Shown here: positions 21,973-35,281 of the stretch, in pieces
Position numbering within the stretch: the stretch's first letter is position 1
Layout: every line of letters starts with the position of its first letter
NCBI RefSeq assembly: GCF_018977255.1
Contig: NW_024704743.1
Span: 32,738,001-32,802,000 of the forward strand
Direction of reading: 5' to 3'
DNA length: 64,000 nt
Origin: Callorhinchus milii
Lineage: Eukaryota
Program-made: the position numbers and the translations under genes
The notes under the pieces: generated by a model
Seen by the model: the letters and a program-made list of their open reading frames with translations, nothing else
Databases searched by the model: none
Told to the model about the DNA's origin: nothing

Positions 21973-22669
21973 AATAGTAGGCTGAATAGTATATTGTGGG
22001 TTTTGTACCCCTGTTTTCTTCCGCTTCCCCCACCATTGTTTCACACCTGCCAAATGGCTACTTTTATGGCTGGATGGGAGGATAGACTCTACATTTGTCC
22101 AATAGGGAACAGGGAATTTTTTTTGTTGAATAATGGGAGATAATTACTTTTTTTAATATATAAAAAAATTAAGCTTTCAGCTGAGAATAGATCTATGGAC
22201 AACACCTGACCTGCCTCCTGCACCAAATGCAGTACAAACCTTGAGATACAAATTGAATGGTGGAACATAACAACCTGGTCAGTTTACATTTGTCTACCTT
22301 GTTCAAATTTTTAGGTTCAAATTTGAACTGATTTCCCTAGTTATCTATGAAACCACAGCCTTTATCCACATTTATCCTTTCTGGAATATCCAATTTACAC
22401 CTTTTCCATCTCAGGTTTGAATATCTTCCTTTACTGATCTATATCACTTTGCAAATTTTTCCATCCAGTTAATCTGAGGCACATCCTTTGTTGTCTCACT
22501 ATAATTTGTTTTATGTTTTGCTGTTTGGGGCATTGTCAAGAGCTGCTTTATGTGCAAGCAACAACAACAAAAATCTTCTAACTTCTCCCTTTGCTCTTTT
22601 GAGGAAGCGGGCAGGTTGGTAGGGGGTTAGGAGGTCGCAGAGGTAGGGGGGAGCAAGGACTTTGAAGGT

Positions 22670-23515
22670 GAGGATGAGGCCGTCCTGATTGGCTCCCATC
22701 AGCGCCTCCACACCTCAGGTGCAGACAGCATCATGGTTGTACCCTCCACCTTACTAAGCCAGTTCAGAACCTTGACACCTTGTTTGACCCTCAACTATCC
22801 TTTCTACCACACATCTGTGCCATGACCCACTCTGTCTTCCCCCATTTATGCAATATCACTCGGCTCCGCCACTGTCTTACACCGCAAGTCGCCGAAATTC
22901 TCATACCTGCATTCATAACATCCAGGCTCAACTCTGCAAACTCCTCACTTATCAGCCTCCTCACCTCCTCTCTCCATAGGCTGCAAATCATCCAGAACTC
23001 TGAAGCCCGTGTCCTCTCCCACACCAGGCTCCGTGACCTTATTACCCGCATACTTGCCCGACTCCACTGGCTTCCCATCACACAGAGGATACAGTTCAAG
23101 ATCCTGGTCCTCACCTTCAAAGTCCTCCACGTCTTGCTCCCCCTACCTCCGCGACCTTCTAACCCCCTACCAACTTGCCTACTCCCTCCGCTCAGCAGGC
23201 TCTGTCCTGCTTCACATCCTCCGCCTCACTCGCCCCACCATTGGCGGGCGGGTCTTTTGCCACTCTGTCCCCAACCTCTGGAACTTCATCCCGCAGTCCC
23301 TCTGCCTCACTCCTTCCTTGCCTCCTTCAAGACCCATCTCCAGACCATCCTCTTCGACCATGCCTTCGGTCACTCTCCTTCCACCCACCCCCCCACCCCT
23401 GCCTTCCACCTTCCCCAATCCCAACCCCCGGCTCGGGTTCAAAACACTGGCTGTCCAGCAACTTGGGATGTCCTACTGACGTGAAAGGTGCTATATAAAT
23501 GTAATTTTGCTGTTA
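22670..23515 (+). mobile_element. L2 LINE 3' fragment
   Basis: FDPQLSFLPHI..RLQIIQNSEARVLSHTRLRD..IQFKILVLTFK; L2 tail. Confidence 0.88.
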
Positions 23516-24344
23516 ATGAAGGAACAAAGTTAAGTTAAAAGATTCTGCAAGCACAGATGATGAAGGCAATTAGTCCAGTTCTGCTTTTAAAAGGTGTCAG
23601 TAAGTGCTTAGATCAAGCAGCATGATTCCATGCAAAATGATTGAGTCAGAGCGTGCCAGCAACTATGTTTTGGAACTGCAGAGGTAAATCAATGACTTCA
23701 TTCACCAGTAAATTCCAGAGATGCCAAGTTTTAACAATCCATCAGATTCATTTTTAAAAAAAAATGATTTGACATCTAGATGCTCAAAATACCAATTTGT
23801 GCGCGAGAAACATTAGGTATACTTTTCGTTTCCTTTGTGGAAAGCAGTTACTTTGTAGATCTTGTGAAGAGTAATACATTTTTGTTACACATCTATACAG
23901 GGCCAGTACTATTTGCTTTTATTTTTGTTTATATCAAATATATAGCAATACTTGATGCAGATGCATCAAATCCTAGTTGGCTAAAATAATTCATCAGTCC
24001 AGTCTACAGAACTCAATGAATACCAACAATCTTCTCTTTTGCTCAATGAACCAATGAAGTTTCTTTTAAAAAGAACTCAGAAGAGTTCCACTCAGGTAAT
24101 GTTTCCTTATATACACCAGTGAAGAATGGCAAAATTCACCCAAAAGGGGAAGTGTGAATGCAATTGTCTGTGAAGACTGAGATTCAAACTTCGGCTCTTT
24201 GTTAGCCTTGGAGAGTGACGAGGGCAGTAATTCTCAATTTTTTTNGGGTTGGCCTCAGTGTTCAGCAACAACGCTTACTGGTGACCGCGGTGTGACTTCT
24301 CAGAATTTGTGTTACATCCTCCTTTCTTGAGCCAGCTGACGCAC

Positions 24345-24850
24345 AGCCTCCCTGCTTGTCGGCCTCCTCAACTCCTCCCACCATAGGCTGCAGATCATTC
24401 AGAACTCTGCAGCCTATGTCTTCTCGCGCACTAGGCTCCGTGACCCTATCAGCCCCATCCTTGCCAGACTCCACTGGCTTCCCATCACACAGAAGATACA
24501 GTTCAAGATCCTGGTCCTCAACTTCAAAGCCCTTCATGGCCTTGCTCCTACCTACCTCTGCGACCTGCTAACCCCCTGCACTCTCCGTTCAGCAGGCTCC
24601 GACCACTCTGTTTCCACCCTCTGAAACTTCATCCCGCAGTCCCTCTGTCTCTCCCCCTCCCTTGCCTCTTTCAAGACCCGTCTCAAGACCCCCCTCTTCG
24701 ACTGTGCCTTTGAGAACCCTCTTTTCCCCTTGCCCTCCACCCTACCCAATCCCAACCCCCAGCTCGGGTCTGAAACACTGATTATCCAGCGCCTTGGGAC
24801 GTCCTCCCAACATGAAAGGTGCTGTACAAATGTAATTTTGTTGTTGTTGT
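24345..24850 (+). mobile_element. L2 LINE 3' fragment
   Basis: Homologous to 17990-18535; tail gcgccttgggacgtcctcccaacatgaaaggtgctgtacaaatg(TTG)n. Confidence 0.85.
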
Positions 24851-26879
24851 ATTGAGCGGTATGGTGAAACGGCAGGCTATTGGAATTCAAGTATTTGACA
24901 AGATCTAATAAACTACTGAATCAGGCTCAATAGGCTGAATGGCCTCTTCCTTCTCCTATTATTCCTCTTCCAATTTGAGAAGCAGTCCAATTAAGCACTG
25001 GACCAATCCATGCAGCCTTACAACCAGATTAGACTCATAAACTCTCAACTCATGACATAATGTCACAGACAAACAAATTTCCGGTTATGAAAGGTCATTG
25101 GGAAATTTCAATACATTACTGTAATTATGTACGAGAATGATCTTTTGAATACATTTCTAGATGGTTTCAATGTATCAAATATGTGTAAAAAGATCATTTT
25201 CAATTAATTCCACAAAATAACCCAAGATTAGTGACTTTTTCTAAACCTTTTGTTTTATTTGGGATTTTATTGCTCCATTTTCTCTCTGCTGCTACACCCA
25301 TATTTACAACAATGACAGAAAAGTTAATCTTATCGATATCTCTACACATTTGTTTGATTTACTAAAAGACAAACTTGTGGAATAAGACTCTTCAACACAA
25401 AAATCTGTCGAAACTGCATTCAAGCTTTGAATTCAATTTTCTTCCTGTCAACTGGGTGTCTGATACATGCAGGAACCCATCGCCATGCTTAAGAGTATCC
25501 AAATTAAGCTGAGAATTTCATGTATCCTACCTACACATGGAAACTCCAGAGGTAGATTGTTGGAATGGAATGCGCACTCTATTCCTAGAGGGACTCATCC
25601 TGCTTACCGAATTCAAGAAAGTGTTAGGAGCAGGCAGCCCAAGGCTAGGGAACCCCAGAGTACCTTGATACTTAAATCAGATGGGATACTGCTGGAGCCT
25701 AACCAGCAGTCAACATACAATCCATCCATAGTTGTATGATTATCATTAAAAATGCAGGTGGTAACGGTGGCTAATCATACCAACATACCAAAGTTGCTAT
25801 CTCTACTTTTAATTCTTAATGCAATTGTCACTAATATGTGATTTATCCCTAAATTATGATCATTTCAGTTTTGCAGATTGTCGAAGGCATGAAAACTCAT
25901 CTTCAATTGAAGTTAGTGTTGTATAATACTGCAGAGATACATTTGGTTACATGATATTTCCTGTCTGATTGGTTTGCTGCTTGATATACAGAGTATGTTC
26001 ATACCACAACTTCCGTATAGACAACCAAATACTTCAGTAAAATTCCACTAGATTTAGGGATTATGGATCTTCTGATTTAAGTATTAAGGTACTCAATGGG
26101 CCTAACTACATTGCAAATTGACCAAGGATCATAGAAACGTAGGAAGCACATCCATCAACTTGATCACACCAATATAAAATTAGTTACTAATTAATTGTTG
26201 CCACATACTTCTTCAATTGACTAATTGAATCATCTTTGTCATGTCTCCATTTACCAGACTTAATATGAAGATATTGTCTTAATATCTTCCTTATCGTCGA
26301 ATGTGACTAGATCAACTGACTTGCAGAATGAACCTGTGGAACAGGCTCCCCATGAAGACGGTTGAAGCACGAAGCGTTGATTCTTTCAAACACAAATTAG
26401 ATAGTTTTCGTTCAGGAAATAACATTATGGGATATCGTACATAGGTAGTTTAGGACATATGTGCACGTGACCACCAGGAAGACGGAATGCGAACTCGATG
26501 GACCTTTGTCTTTTTTCGTCCAGCATTTCTTACATCCTCATGTTAACTTAGCTTCATCTGTACTTTCCTTCCGACTTGATGAACTCAAACCCGGCTAACG
26601 TTGCCTTACCTTGATTGATCTCTTGAGAATGTCTTGAATTTGACTGGTAACTTTTTGACCAATTCGACGTCATCTGAGAATAGCCTCTTCCCACGTTCAT
26701 TCTTCCCCGGCCAACATTTAACTCTTCGTAAGTATCGGGAACCAGCACTGGGTTGAGCGCTCAGTTATAGCCTTCCCTCCGATGGCTTGTCAGATGGTTC
26801 CAGTCAATGCCAATGCTGAGGCAAAATATTCCATCGATTAATTATAAGTGGGACCTCAAGTTATTTTTTCTGTGATTGC

Positions 26880-27560
26880 ATCAATGAGCAGTTCCCGCCC
26901 CCAACATGGGCTGTCCTTTGCCATTGGAGAGCACGTGAAAGGGCTTCGCCAATGGATGGGCGGCAACAGGTTGACCCACCCCTTTCCATGCAAAGCGGGT
27001 CAAGCGTGACACCTCCTCACGTGGTTCTCGACTCTCGCCGACGTCATCCGGCCCCGCCCCCGCTTCCAGCGAACGTCCCCCTTGACGTGCGCTCACCCGT
27101 TCTCGCGAGATTGACGATTAAAAAAAAAAGGAGCGCGAGTCATACAAGACCTCTCCCAACTGTCCCGACACCCGAAGGTGTGGGCGGGGCAAGGGCTGGG
27201 GGTGGGCGGGGCTTGGTCCGGGAGAGGGAGGGGCGATGAGGAGGGAGGGGCGATGACGGGGGGGGGAGAGGCGAGGGTGTATTTCCTTTTCCCCCCCCAT
27301 TTTCTTTTTGGTGGGTGGGGCGCGCGGGGGGGGGTGTGGGTAGGAGTGGGGCGGAGGTTGCAAAGAGATTTCAAGCGGGAAATAACAGGGACCAGGCCCG
27401 GTCCCACGTATGCCGACGCTTTCTCTCTTCCCATTGGTCCATTCGTAGTCATGCAAATGAGGGGCCGCACGTCACTTCCGGGTGATATCGGGCGCCATTT
27501 TGTCGGTGAGGCTGCGGTTCCTGAGGAGCTGGTTGTCAGAGCCCTACACTGGAGAGTAAG
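26880..27560. promoter_or_regulatory. CpG-island promoter of ADNP2 copy B, possibly bidirectional
   Basis: Proximal module: ATTGG 27433, ATGCAAAT 27451-27458, CACGTCACTTCCG 27468-27480, GCGCCATTTTG 27492-27502, donor GA|GTAAGT after 27555. Distal module: CCAAT boxes, two CACGTG, GACGTCA, GC box, TCTCGCGAGA 27101-27110. Confidence 0.88.
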
Positions 27561-28409
27561 TTATTATATGGAGAATAACCGTCATTTTTTTGGGGTTGGG
27601 GGAGAAGGGGGCGGAGGGGGGGAAACAATATTATTTTTCTATTTTTTTTAGCACTTCCTTTTTTTTAAAAAAAACAAATACACATGTGCACGTCTGGAAA
27701 CGAAGAAAGCAAAACTAATTCCCCACTATTTCACCCGATGTAAATATTTGGCCCCTCGTCTCTCCCTCTCTCCCTCCTTCCTGCGAAAGTCGAGGAAGAA
27801 GAGCTGAAAGTTTGGAAGGTGGTGGTGGGGGGTGACACCAGGTGAGCGTTGTGTATTTGTGTTTGAATTGGCGCCTGTTGTTTTGAGTGTCAGGGAGGGC
27901 GGGGAAGGATCCAGCAGTTCCTTCCTTGTGTGTCTGAGTGACTCACTCGGTGAGGAGCAGAGCAGCCACTGGTGCTCCAGGGCAAACCCCCTCCCCTCCC
28001 CTCCCCTCCCTCACTCCTTCCTCCAGGACATCCCTCCCTACCCGTTTCTGTACTCAGCGAACCAAACTCACTTGACTCTCACATTACCCCTCCCATCTCT
28101 TCTCCTCCCCCAACCCCTCGAAAAAGTCATCGTCTCTCGAGGTGAGAGCGTGTACACACGCTGTTCGACTTCAAATGAAGGACACCAGCGTGAGAGGAAG
28201 GAGGGAAGATGTAGCAGACAGGCTGAGGGATCTAGTTAATAACCTCGTAGTATCCTATCTCTCTTCCCTGACGCAGACAGGTGAGAGGTTTATCTGAGGC
28301 AAGGACCCGAGTCTCCCATGTGACAGGGCGCCTCCGTACAGCTCACACCTGCAAGCTTTGAAAGAGGAAGGGGAGATCCTGCCGTCTACATCTCGGGGGA
28401 TGGGTTTCT

Positions 28410-28838
28410 GAGACACCTCCTGCAGCCCACACCTGGGCAGGTGGTATCTCAGACACCTCATGCAGCCCACACCTGGGCAGGTGGTATCTGAGACACCTCA
28501 TGCAGTCTACACCTGGGCAGATGGTATCTCAGACACCTCATGCAGTCTACACCTGGGCAGGTGGTATCTCAGACACCCCCTGCAGCCCACACCTGGGAGG
28601 GGTATATGAGACACCCCCCTGCAGCCCACACCTGGGAGGGGTATATGAGACACCCCCCTGCAGCCCACACCTGGGAGGGATATATGAGACACCCCCCTGC
28701 AGCCCATACCTGGGAGGGGTATATGAGACACCCCCCTGCAGCCCATACCTGGGAGGGGTATATGAGACACCCCCTGCAGCCCATACCTGGGGAAGAGGGT
28801 ATAAGAGACAACCCCCTGTAGCCTACATCTGGGAAGGA
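28410..28838. repeat. GC-rich minisatellite, ~11 units of 38-40 bp, in intron 1 of copy B
   Basis: Four 40-bp units gagacacctcctgcagcccacacctgggcaggtggtatct, followed by mostly 39-bp units gagacacccccctgcagcccacacctgggaggggtatat. Confidence 0.95.
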
Positions 28839-29616
28839 GTACCTCACATCGGGTGGGGTCGGCAGAGCGCCGCCTGCTGCTCACAGGCAGATCAAACTCT
28901 TTACGCCGCTTCAGCTGCTCGTTGGCCAGTGAGCAGACCAGACAGGACGGGAGTTATCTGGCGCATGAAAACAACCAGCCCGGTATGTCCTGTGCTGCGT
29001 CTGTGAGAGCCCAGCCGACGAGTCATGTGCGCTAAGGCACGTAGGAAGGCGGATTATTGCGTTAAAACGGTGGCTTTTTTTTAAAAAAAGAAAGTGAAAT
29101 TGCCGTCGGCGTGCACATTATTTGTTTAATAAATCATTCCGGTCAAATTTGCAACTCGCGCTTTTTTGGGGGGAAACCATTGCAGCTTTAAAGTATTTAC
29201 GTGTAAATCACGAGTTTAATTAAATCTGCAGAGAAGCTGAACTATATCTTTGTGGGCTGTATCTACTGCAAGCAAAATGGTATTGATTGTATTCGGCGTT
29301 TCCATACACTTTATTCTGGTTCAGTGATTCGCGTTGTGAGTTCTGCACATTTTCACAAAGAGGAAGCGACAGAAATGACACTGACAGTGTAATCCACTCA
29401 GGGTGGGATCTCTTTCAAAACAAAGGCGCAAGTGGCCATGGATAGGTGTAGATAGAGTTCCTGAGGTACTTTGAGCTGAAATGATTTGTGATTTTTCCCT
29501 TTCCGTGTCACGGGTAGTTCTTGCGGGTTAGGCATATTTATTATTATTATATTGCAAAAACTGCAGTCAGATTTTTTTGCAATGTTCTGCAGTTCTCCAC
29601 TCAAAGTGGATCCAAT

Positions 29617-31190
29617 CAACAACAACTTGCATTTATATATAGAGCTTTTCACGCCAGATGGCGTCTCGGAGTGCTTAACAGTGGCGGAGCTCAATGCCAA
29701 GTCAGTGGGGTAGGGAGAAGCTGACCATAGGCACAGTCTAAGGGTAAGGTCTTTAAGCGCGACCTGGGATCTGGGGGACAAGAGCTGGAGCCAGTCTAGC
29801 GGTGGCAGCGGGTAGTAGTGTAGGGAGAGAGCAGGTTGGAGAAATAAGGAGGTGCCAGGGCGGGAAGGGATTTAAATACAAGAGTGAGGATCTTGAAATT
29901 GATTTGCTCTGTGACAGGGAGCCAATTGATTTTGACAAGGACTGAGGTAATGGCGGTACGGAGTTTAGTGCGGGTGAGAATGTGGGCAACAAGCTTTGAA
30001 TTCATTTAAATTTGTGTATAGTGGCGCAGGGGAACCGCCGAAGGGGGTGTTTGAGTAGTCCAGGCGGGAGGTGACGAAGGTGTGGACGAGGGTTTTGGGA
30101 GCTTTTGGAGTGAGGTATGGAAGGAGGAGGGAAATGTGGTGGAGGAAAGCTGTTCTGGTAAGGATCTGGATGTGGGGTATAAAGGATAGCTGGCGATCAA
30201 ATCTGTTGCCTAAATTGTGCATGAGTTTGGTGAGTTTTAGGGAGAGATCAGATAGATTGAGGAGGTCTGAACTGCAGGAGAGAAGACGTTGATGGGAGAC
30301 AAAGAGTATGGCTTCCATCTTTTCAATGTTCAGCTGCAGGAAGTTTGCGCTCATCCAGGCCTTGATGGCTGTCAGACAAGCTGACAGAATATCAGCGGAC
30401 TGGGAGTTGCAGCTGGAGGAGGAGAAGTAGATCTGTGTGTCGTGTGAACGCTTATCTCGTGTCTGCAGATGACGTCCCCGAGAGGGAGAATGTAGATGAG
30501 GAAAAGAAGGGGGCCAAGGGTGGAACTTTGGGGTACCTTGTAAATGACTGGGGGTGGGGTGAGAGGAAAAAACATTGGCTGAGATGAAGTGCTTGTGATT
30601 GGTTAAGTAGGACTTGAACCATTCACTAAGGTGGATGAGGGAGCAGAGGCAGTGGATGGCTTGGTCCATTGTCGAATGCAGCTGAGAGGTCCAGGAGGAT
30701 GAGGAGGCAGAGGGAGCCCTGGTCACCGAGAGAGGACATCATTTTTTGATGAGTGCTGTCTCTGTACTGTGGGCTGGGCGGAAACCGGACTGGAGGGGTT
30801 AGAGTAGGGAGTGGAGGCCGAGGTGTGAGTGAAATTGGTTTGCAATAATGGGTTCCAGGAACGGTAGGTTTGAAATGGGACATTAGTGCATTAGGTTGAA
30901 TGGATTAAAAGTGGCTGTTTAAAGAAGGGGATTGAGCCTGAGTAGAGGGACTGATTTATGGTGTCTGCCAGCAGTGGGCAGAGGAAGGGGAGTTGAGCGA
31001 CGAGCAGTTGCATGGAGAGTGGGTTGAGGAGGCAGGTGGTGGGTTTCATCAGGGTGGTGGAGAAAGAGATGGGGGCAAAGGAGTGTAGATTGGGGCTCGT
31101 GGTAGGAACCGTGGGAGGAGGAGTGGATGATGAAGAAGGAATGGGGTGGTGGGGTGGGACGTGGGGCAGGAGGAGGAGGCGTCGATTGGT
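29617..31190 (-). mobile_element. Long decayed L2 LINE fragment (RT region)
   Basis: Minus translations [52 protein letters not shown]; tail at 29617. Confidence 0.88.
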
Positions 31191-33319
31191 TTAATTGCTT
31201 TTTAAGAAAAATAAATGTATATTTAGTGTTGGTATCAGAGAATGTACGACTCTAAATTGCCCTGCACCCCTCCAAAACCCAGCTCAGGTGCAAACCCTTC
31301 ACTGCCCAGGCTTTGGGGCGTCCTCCCAACATGAAAATGCAGTTTGTTGTTATTGTTGTTGAATGGTTTAACCATCGTTTAATTGCGCTGTGAAACTGAA
31401 TTGAACCAAATCGACTACAAGTGAGAGCTGTTTCTCTTTTTTAAAAAAAAACGTTTTACTTGCTGCTGAACTGAAATGATCGTCGGGTAAACTTGAAATC
31501 CCGGAATGTTTACTTTATCGTTGTGTATTAATAATCTACTGTCTTTACCGGTGGCCGTGGCAACTATAGCAAGCGATTCACAGGGTTTCTACGGTTTGGA
31601 TACCTTATAATAATAATAATAATCCTTGCATTTGATATAGAGCTTTTCACGTCTTCTCGACGTCTCAAAGCGCTTCACAGAATAGACTGTAAAGTGAATT
31701 GACTGTATATTTTCCATTTATCTTTATACCTTTACATTTATTTGCATCGGTTTGGGAGGCAAAATATTTAGGCAATTAATAGGTCACAGCGATATTTTGC
31801 TGTGACACTTTTGGTGCTTAAGCGAATATGTGGCTTAGTTACACTGGTGGCAAACCCCTTTCGAGTACCAAGAAACCTATATCTTCCAACAGATCTGTTC
31901 ATATGATTTTTATTTCACCATGTGATCCACATAATCCATTGAATATTCCTAAAAATAAGAATTTTAATTGAGAATTCATAACTAAAGCCTGAGAATTAGC
32001 GACCTCTGTTTAGAAGGACATACACACTTTATACCACAGAAGGCCATTTTGGCTGATCATTGACCATCCTGGCTCTTTTTTAAAGAGCAGTGCCTTCAGT
32101 CCAATTTGGCTGCCTTTTCCCCACCTTTGGAAGATGGAACATAACCAAACATAAAGAGGCAATCTGCCATACTCAACCTGATCCTTCCAATGGGTCATGA
32201 ACTGTTTGTAATAATAATAAGTTATAAACTTTACATTTGATATGGTGCCTTTCACATCGGTAAGATGTCCCAAAGCGCTTTACAGGCTAATCTGCGAGTG
32301 TAGTGACTCTCTATTTTGCAGGAAAGTGTGTATATGGAATTTCATGAGGCAAGGAAACATAGCCTGGGTAAAATCTTAAATGTTTTCCTGGCAACAGTTG
32401 AACTGAAATACTAGAGACATTGGAATAATGGGGTCTATTTAGCAGTCCATTCGATGTTTACCTCGTCCAAAGGCCTGGATGCACACGTCATGGGCAATAG
32501 CACTCCCAGCAAGCAATAGCACTTCCAACAATAGAACATTAACATTGTTTGGACCGGAGCACAGCCAATTTCAGTTATGCATCTTCAGTTATTAAAAGAC
32601 ATTAGTCAATTGGACTGCTCAAGACTTTTGGGGGACTATTTGGGAATGAAGCCAGAATTGAACTGCTTTGTACTGCAATGATGCAAATCAAACTGTTGCC
32701 AAAGTCACCCCTTCAATATGGTCTTGGGTAGTGGGACTCTAGCACAGCATAAACACAGCAGAAGATAATTGTGAACAACTTGAAAAATTCAATAAATTCG
32801 TTCAAAGCAGCTTATTTTGATACACAAGGCTTGTGGTGATCAGAATAATAGAAGATGCAATTAGCCTGTGCCTTACAGAAGACCATCTTTTAAAGAAGGC
32901 TGCAGTCAAGGAAGGTACAGTATAAATGTGTACCATCCTTGGCTGTAGCCTTCAATGAACATCAGTGAGCTAAGCAACTATTGTTAAAATGCTGATAGAT
33001 TTATAACCAACTTAACTCCATAGTTTAAAAGGAAAATTTTTGATTGAATCTTAATTTCAAAATTTACAAGCCATCACACCTGATGAGATCCTCATTACTT
33101 CATTCCATGGCATTTTTACACAGAAAATTGCTTTTTTTTTAACCAGGTTGTTCCCTAAAGGGATTTTTTNGCTTGTCAGCACTTATTGTGCACCATTAGG
33201 ACTTATGCCACACCCCTTGCTCTCGACCCCTGTTGATTCCAACCCCTAACTTGGGTAGAAACCCTTTACTGTCCAGGCCTTGGGACTTCCACCCAATGTA
33301 AAAGGCACGATATGAAGCA

Positions 33320-33642
33320 AGTGAGAGGACCTGGGTTTGATTCCCGGGCAAAACTTTAGGCAAATTTCCTACTCCATACGCCTCTGTTTAACTAGCAGTA
33401 AGTAGGAACCCGGTTGTTAGTCAATTGGCAGATCGCTTTCTGGGTGTATTAATTCCTTCCAAAATAAAATAATTGGTCACTCAATCCACAACTGTTTGTG
33501 GGACACAGCTGGGTGCAATTGGCTGCCACGTTTCGCCAGCAAAATATACAATCAATTCATTTTAAAGTATATTCTGTAAAGTGCTTTGCAACGTCTCAAC
33601 GACGTGATAAGGTGCTGTATCAAATGCAAGGATTATTACTAT
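33320..33642 (+). mobile_element. SINE, long variant, 5'-truncated
   Basis: B box, internal insert, core and (ATT)n tail. Confidence 0.8.
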
Positions 33643-35281
33643 ATCATTAAATGCAATTTGTTGTTGGAGGAGAGAGCAACCTGACCTGGAAACAAATCTC
33701 AATTTTCCCAATTCAGTTCCTTGCATTTGCTTGTCAGGCGCTTTGACAAGCAACGTAACAGGAGATGTATAACTGTATACTATATTTGGTAATGATTTAA
33801 TAGAATTGTAATTGTAAGAATTTCGGGAGGACTTTTCGCACGTTCATATAACTAGGGCTTAGAATCTTATCTTGATTGGTGAGGCAGATACTGCTCAAGC
33901 TCTGCGCCTCCAACTGTTGGAGTCACCGTTCAATGTGTCCAAGCTGTGGACACGAAGATAGTGGCAATGCTTTTACGCATTTCATGCTAAGCTGCTCACC
34001 AGGAAGCTCACAAGGAGTTCCTGGCACCTGCTGTCCACCTAGTGGTGGCTCAAACCTGCTTTTGTCAGATGTCAAGTGACCAACTAGTGACTATTCTCAA
34101 GGTGGGGGGGGTGTGGGAGGAGGAGGGTAGCCTTGCAGGTGACCTGGCTCTCTGGTGACATACTTGGCAATGGAGTGTTGAAATCAAGGCAACAGCTTAT
34201 TTCTTATTAAACAGTCTGTTTCTTGAAATTACTTCCAACAGGCAGGTCTGCAGAATTCTTTGGCACTGCTGATAGCAGACCAGTTAGCCCGGATCATTGG
34301 TAGGAATTGGAGGGGAGTACTTGTCACTGAGAGTAGGGTTCTTCCCACTCAATTCTTGTTAACCCTCCAAGCCAAAACCCTAATGAATACGTGTCAGATG
34401 CCCAGCTGACCAAAAACAACTCGTTGTGTTGTGCACTCAATGGTTCTTTCCACTGATGGTAAGCCTAGTACTGTATTGCTACCACAGCAATGACTATTAC
34501 ATGTTTAAATCTCGGTTGATATTCATCTCTGACTGCATACACTTTGTTGGCATGTGCTGCAATGCTCTTGTTTTAGTGGTTTTACCAATCTGATTCAGTT
34601 TGTAGGGGAAAATACTGGCTCAAAGGTAACTAATCATCTCTTGATAGCACAAGTAAACCATTTACAATTTTGGGACTGCAAATGTTTCACTGACTGTGGG
34701 TTGCACAGCCTACAACATAATAGTCACATGGTTTATAGATAGAAGTAAGTGCAAAAGTAGTTAAATCTTGAATTTGAAACTTTATTGGCTAGCATCATCT
34801 GAAGTCACATCAAAGCTGTCTATAATGTTGGACTAAAATCTGAACATGAGCTAAGGCAGGGTTGACAATTAAGATCTTGTATGTACAACCCAGATTTCCT
34901 TCAGGAGTTTCTGCAGCAGTATATACAAGTACAATTAATCTCAGTGCATCATAAATGAACCTTTAAAATTCTGGGTGGAAATATTCATGTTTAAAAGTCT
35001 CAAGTGTTTTAGAAAGCAAGAAATGTGTATTGGTAGCATGCAATTAAAATTGGATATTTCTTTTATATCAGAAATGTGACCCAAGTGAATATAGCAATTT
35101 CTTTTTATTGCCCTCCCCAAAGATGAGTCAGAATATTTGGGGAAAGGAATTTTGAGCATGTAACTTGTTAATATTATGGGTTCAATTCCTATGTTGGGAA
35201 CTTCAAACTTATGGTCTAGGCTGACACTCCAGGGCAGTGTTGGGAAGCACTGCATTATCCTTTGGATGAGATGTTAAACTT

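Noticed and set aside
28410..28838. CRISPR-like appearance of ~40-bp repeats, and the ORFs 28500-29006, 28507-28884, 28540-28821 and 28569-28847
   Set aside because: Head-to-tail units without unique spacers, no cas genes, vertebrate context; the ORFs are by-products of a 39-bp stop-free unit
34030..34050. CTCF-like site gtccacctagtggtgg
   Set aside because: An extra base disrupts the GGC core; cannot be supported without a matrix scan or ChIP
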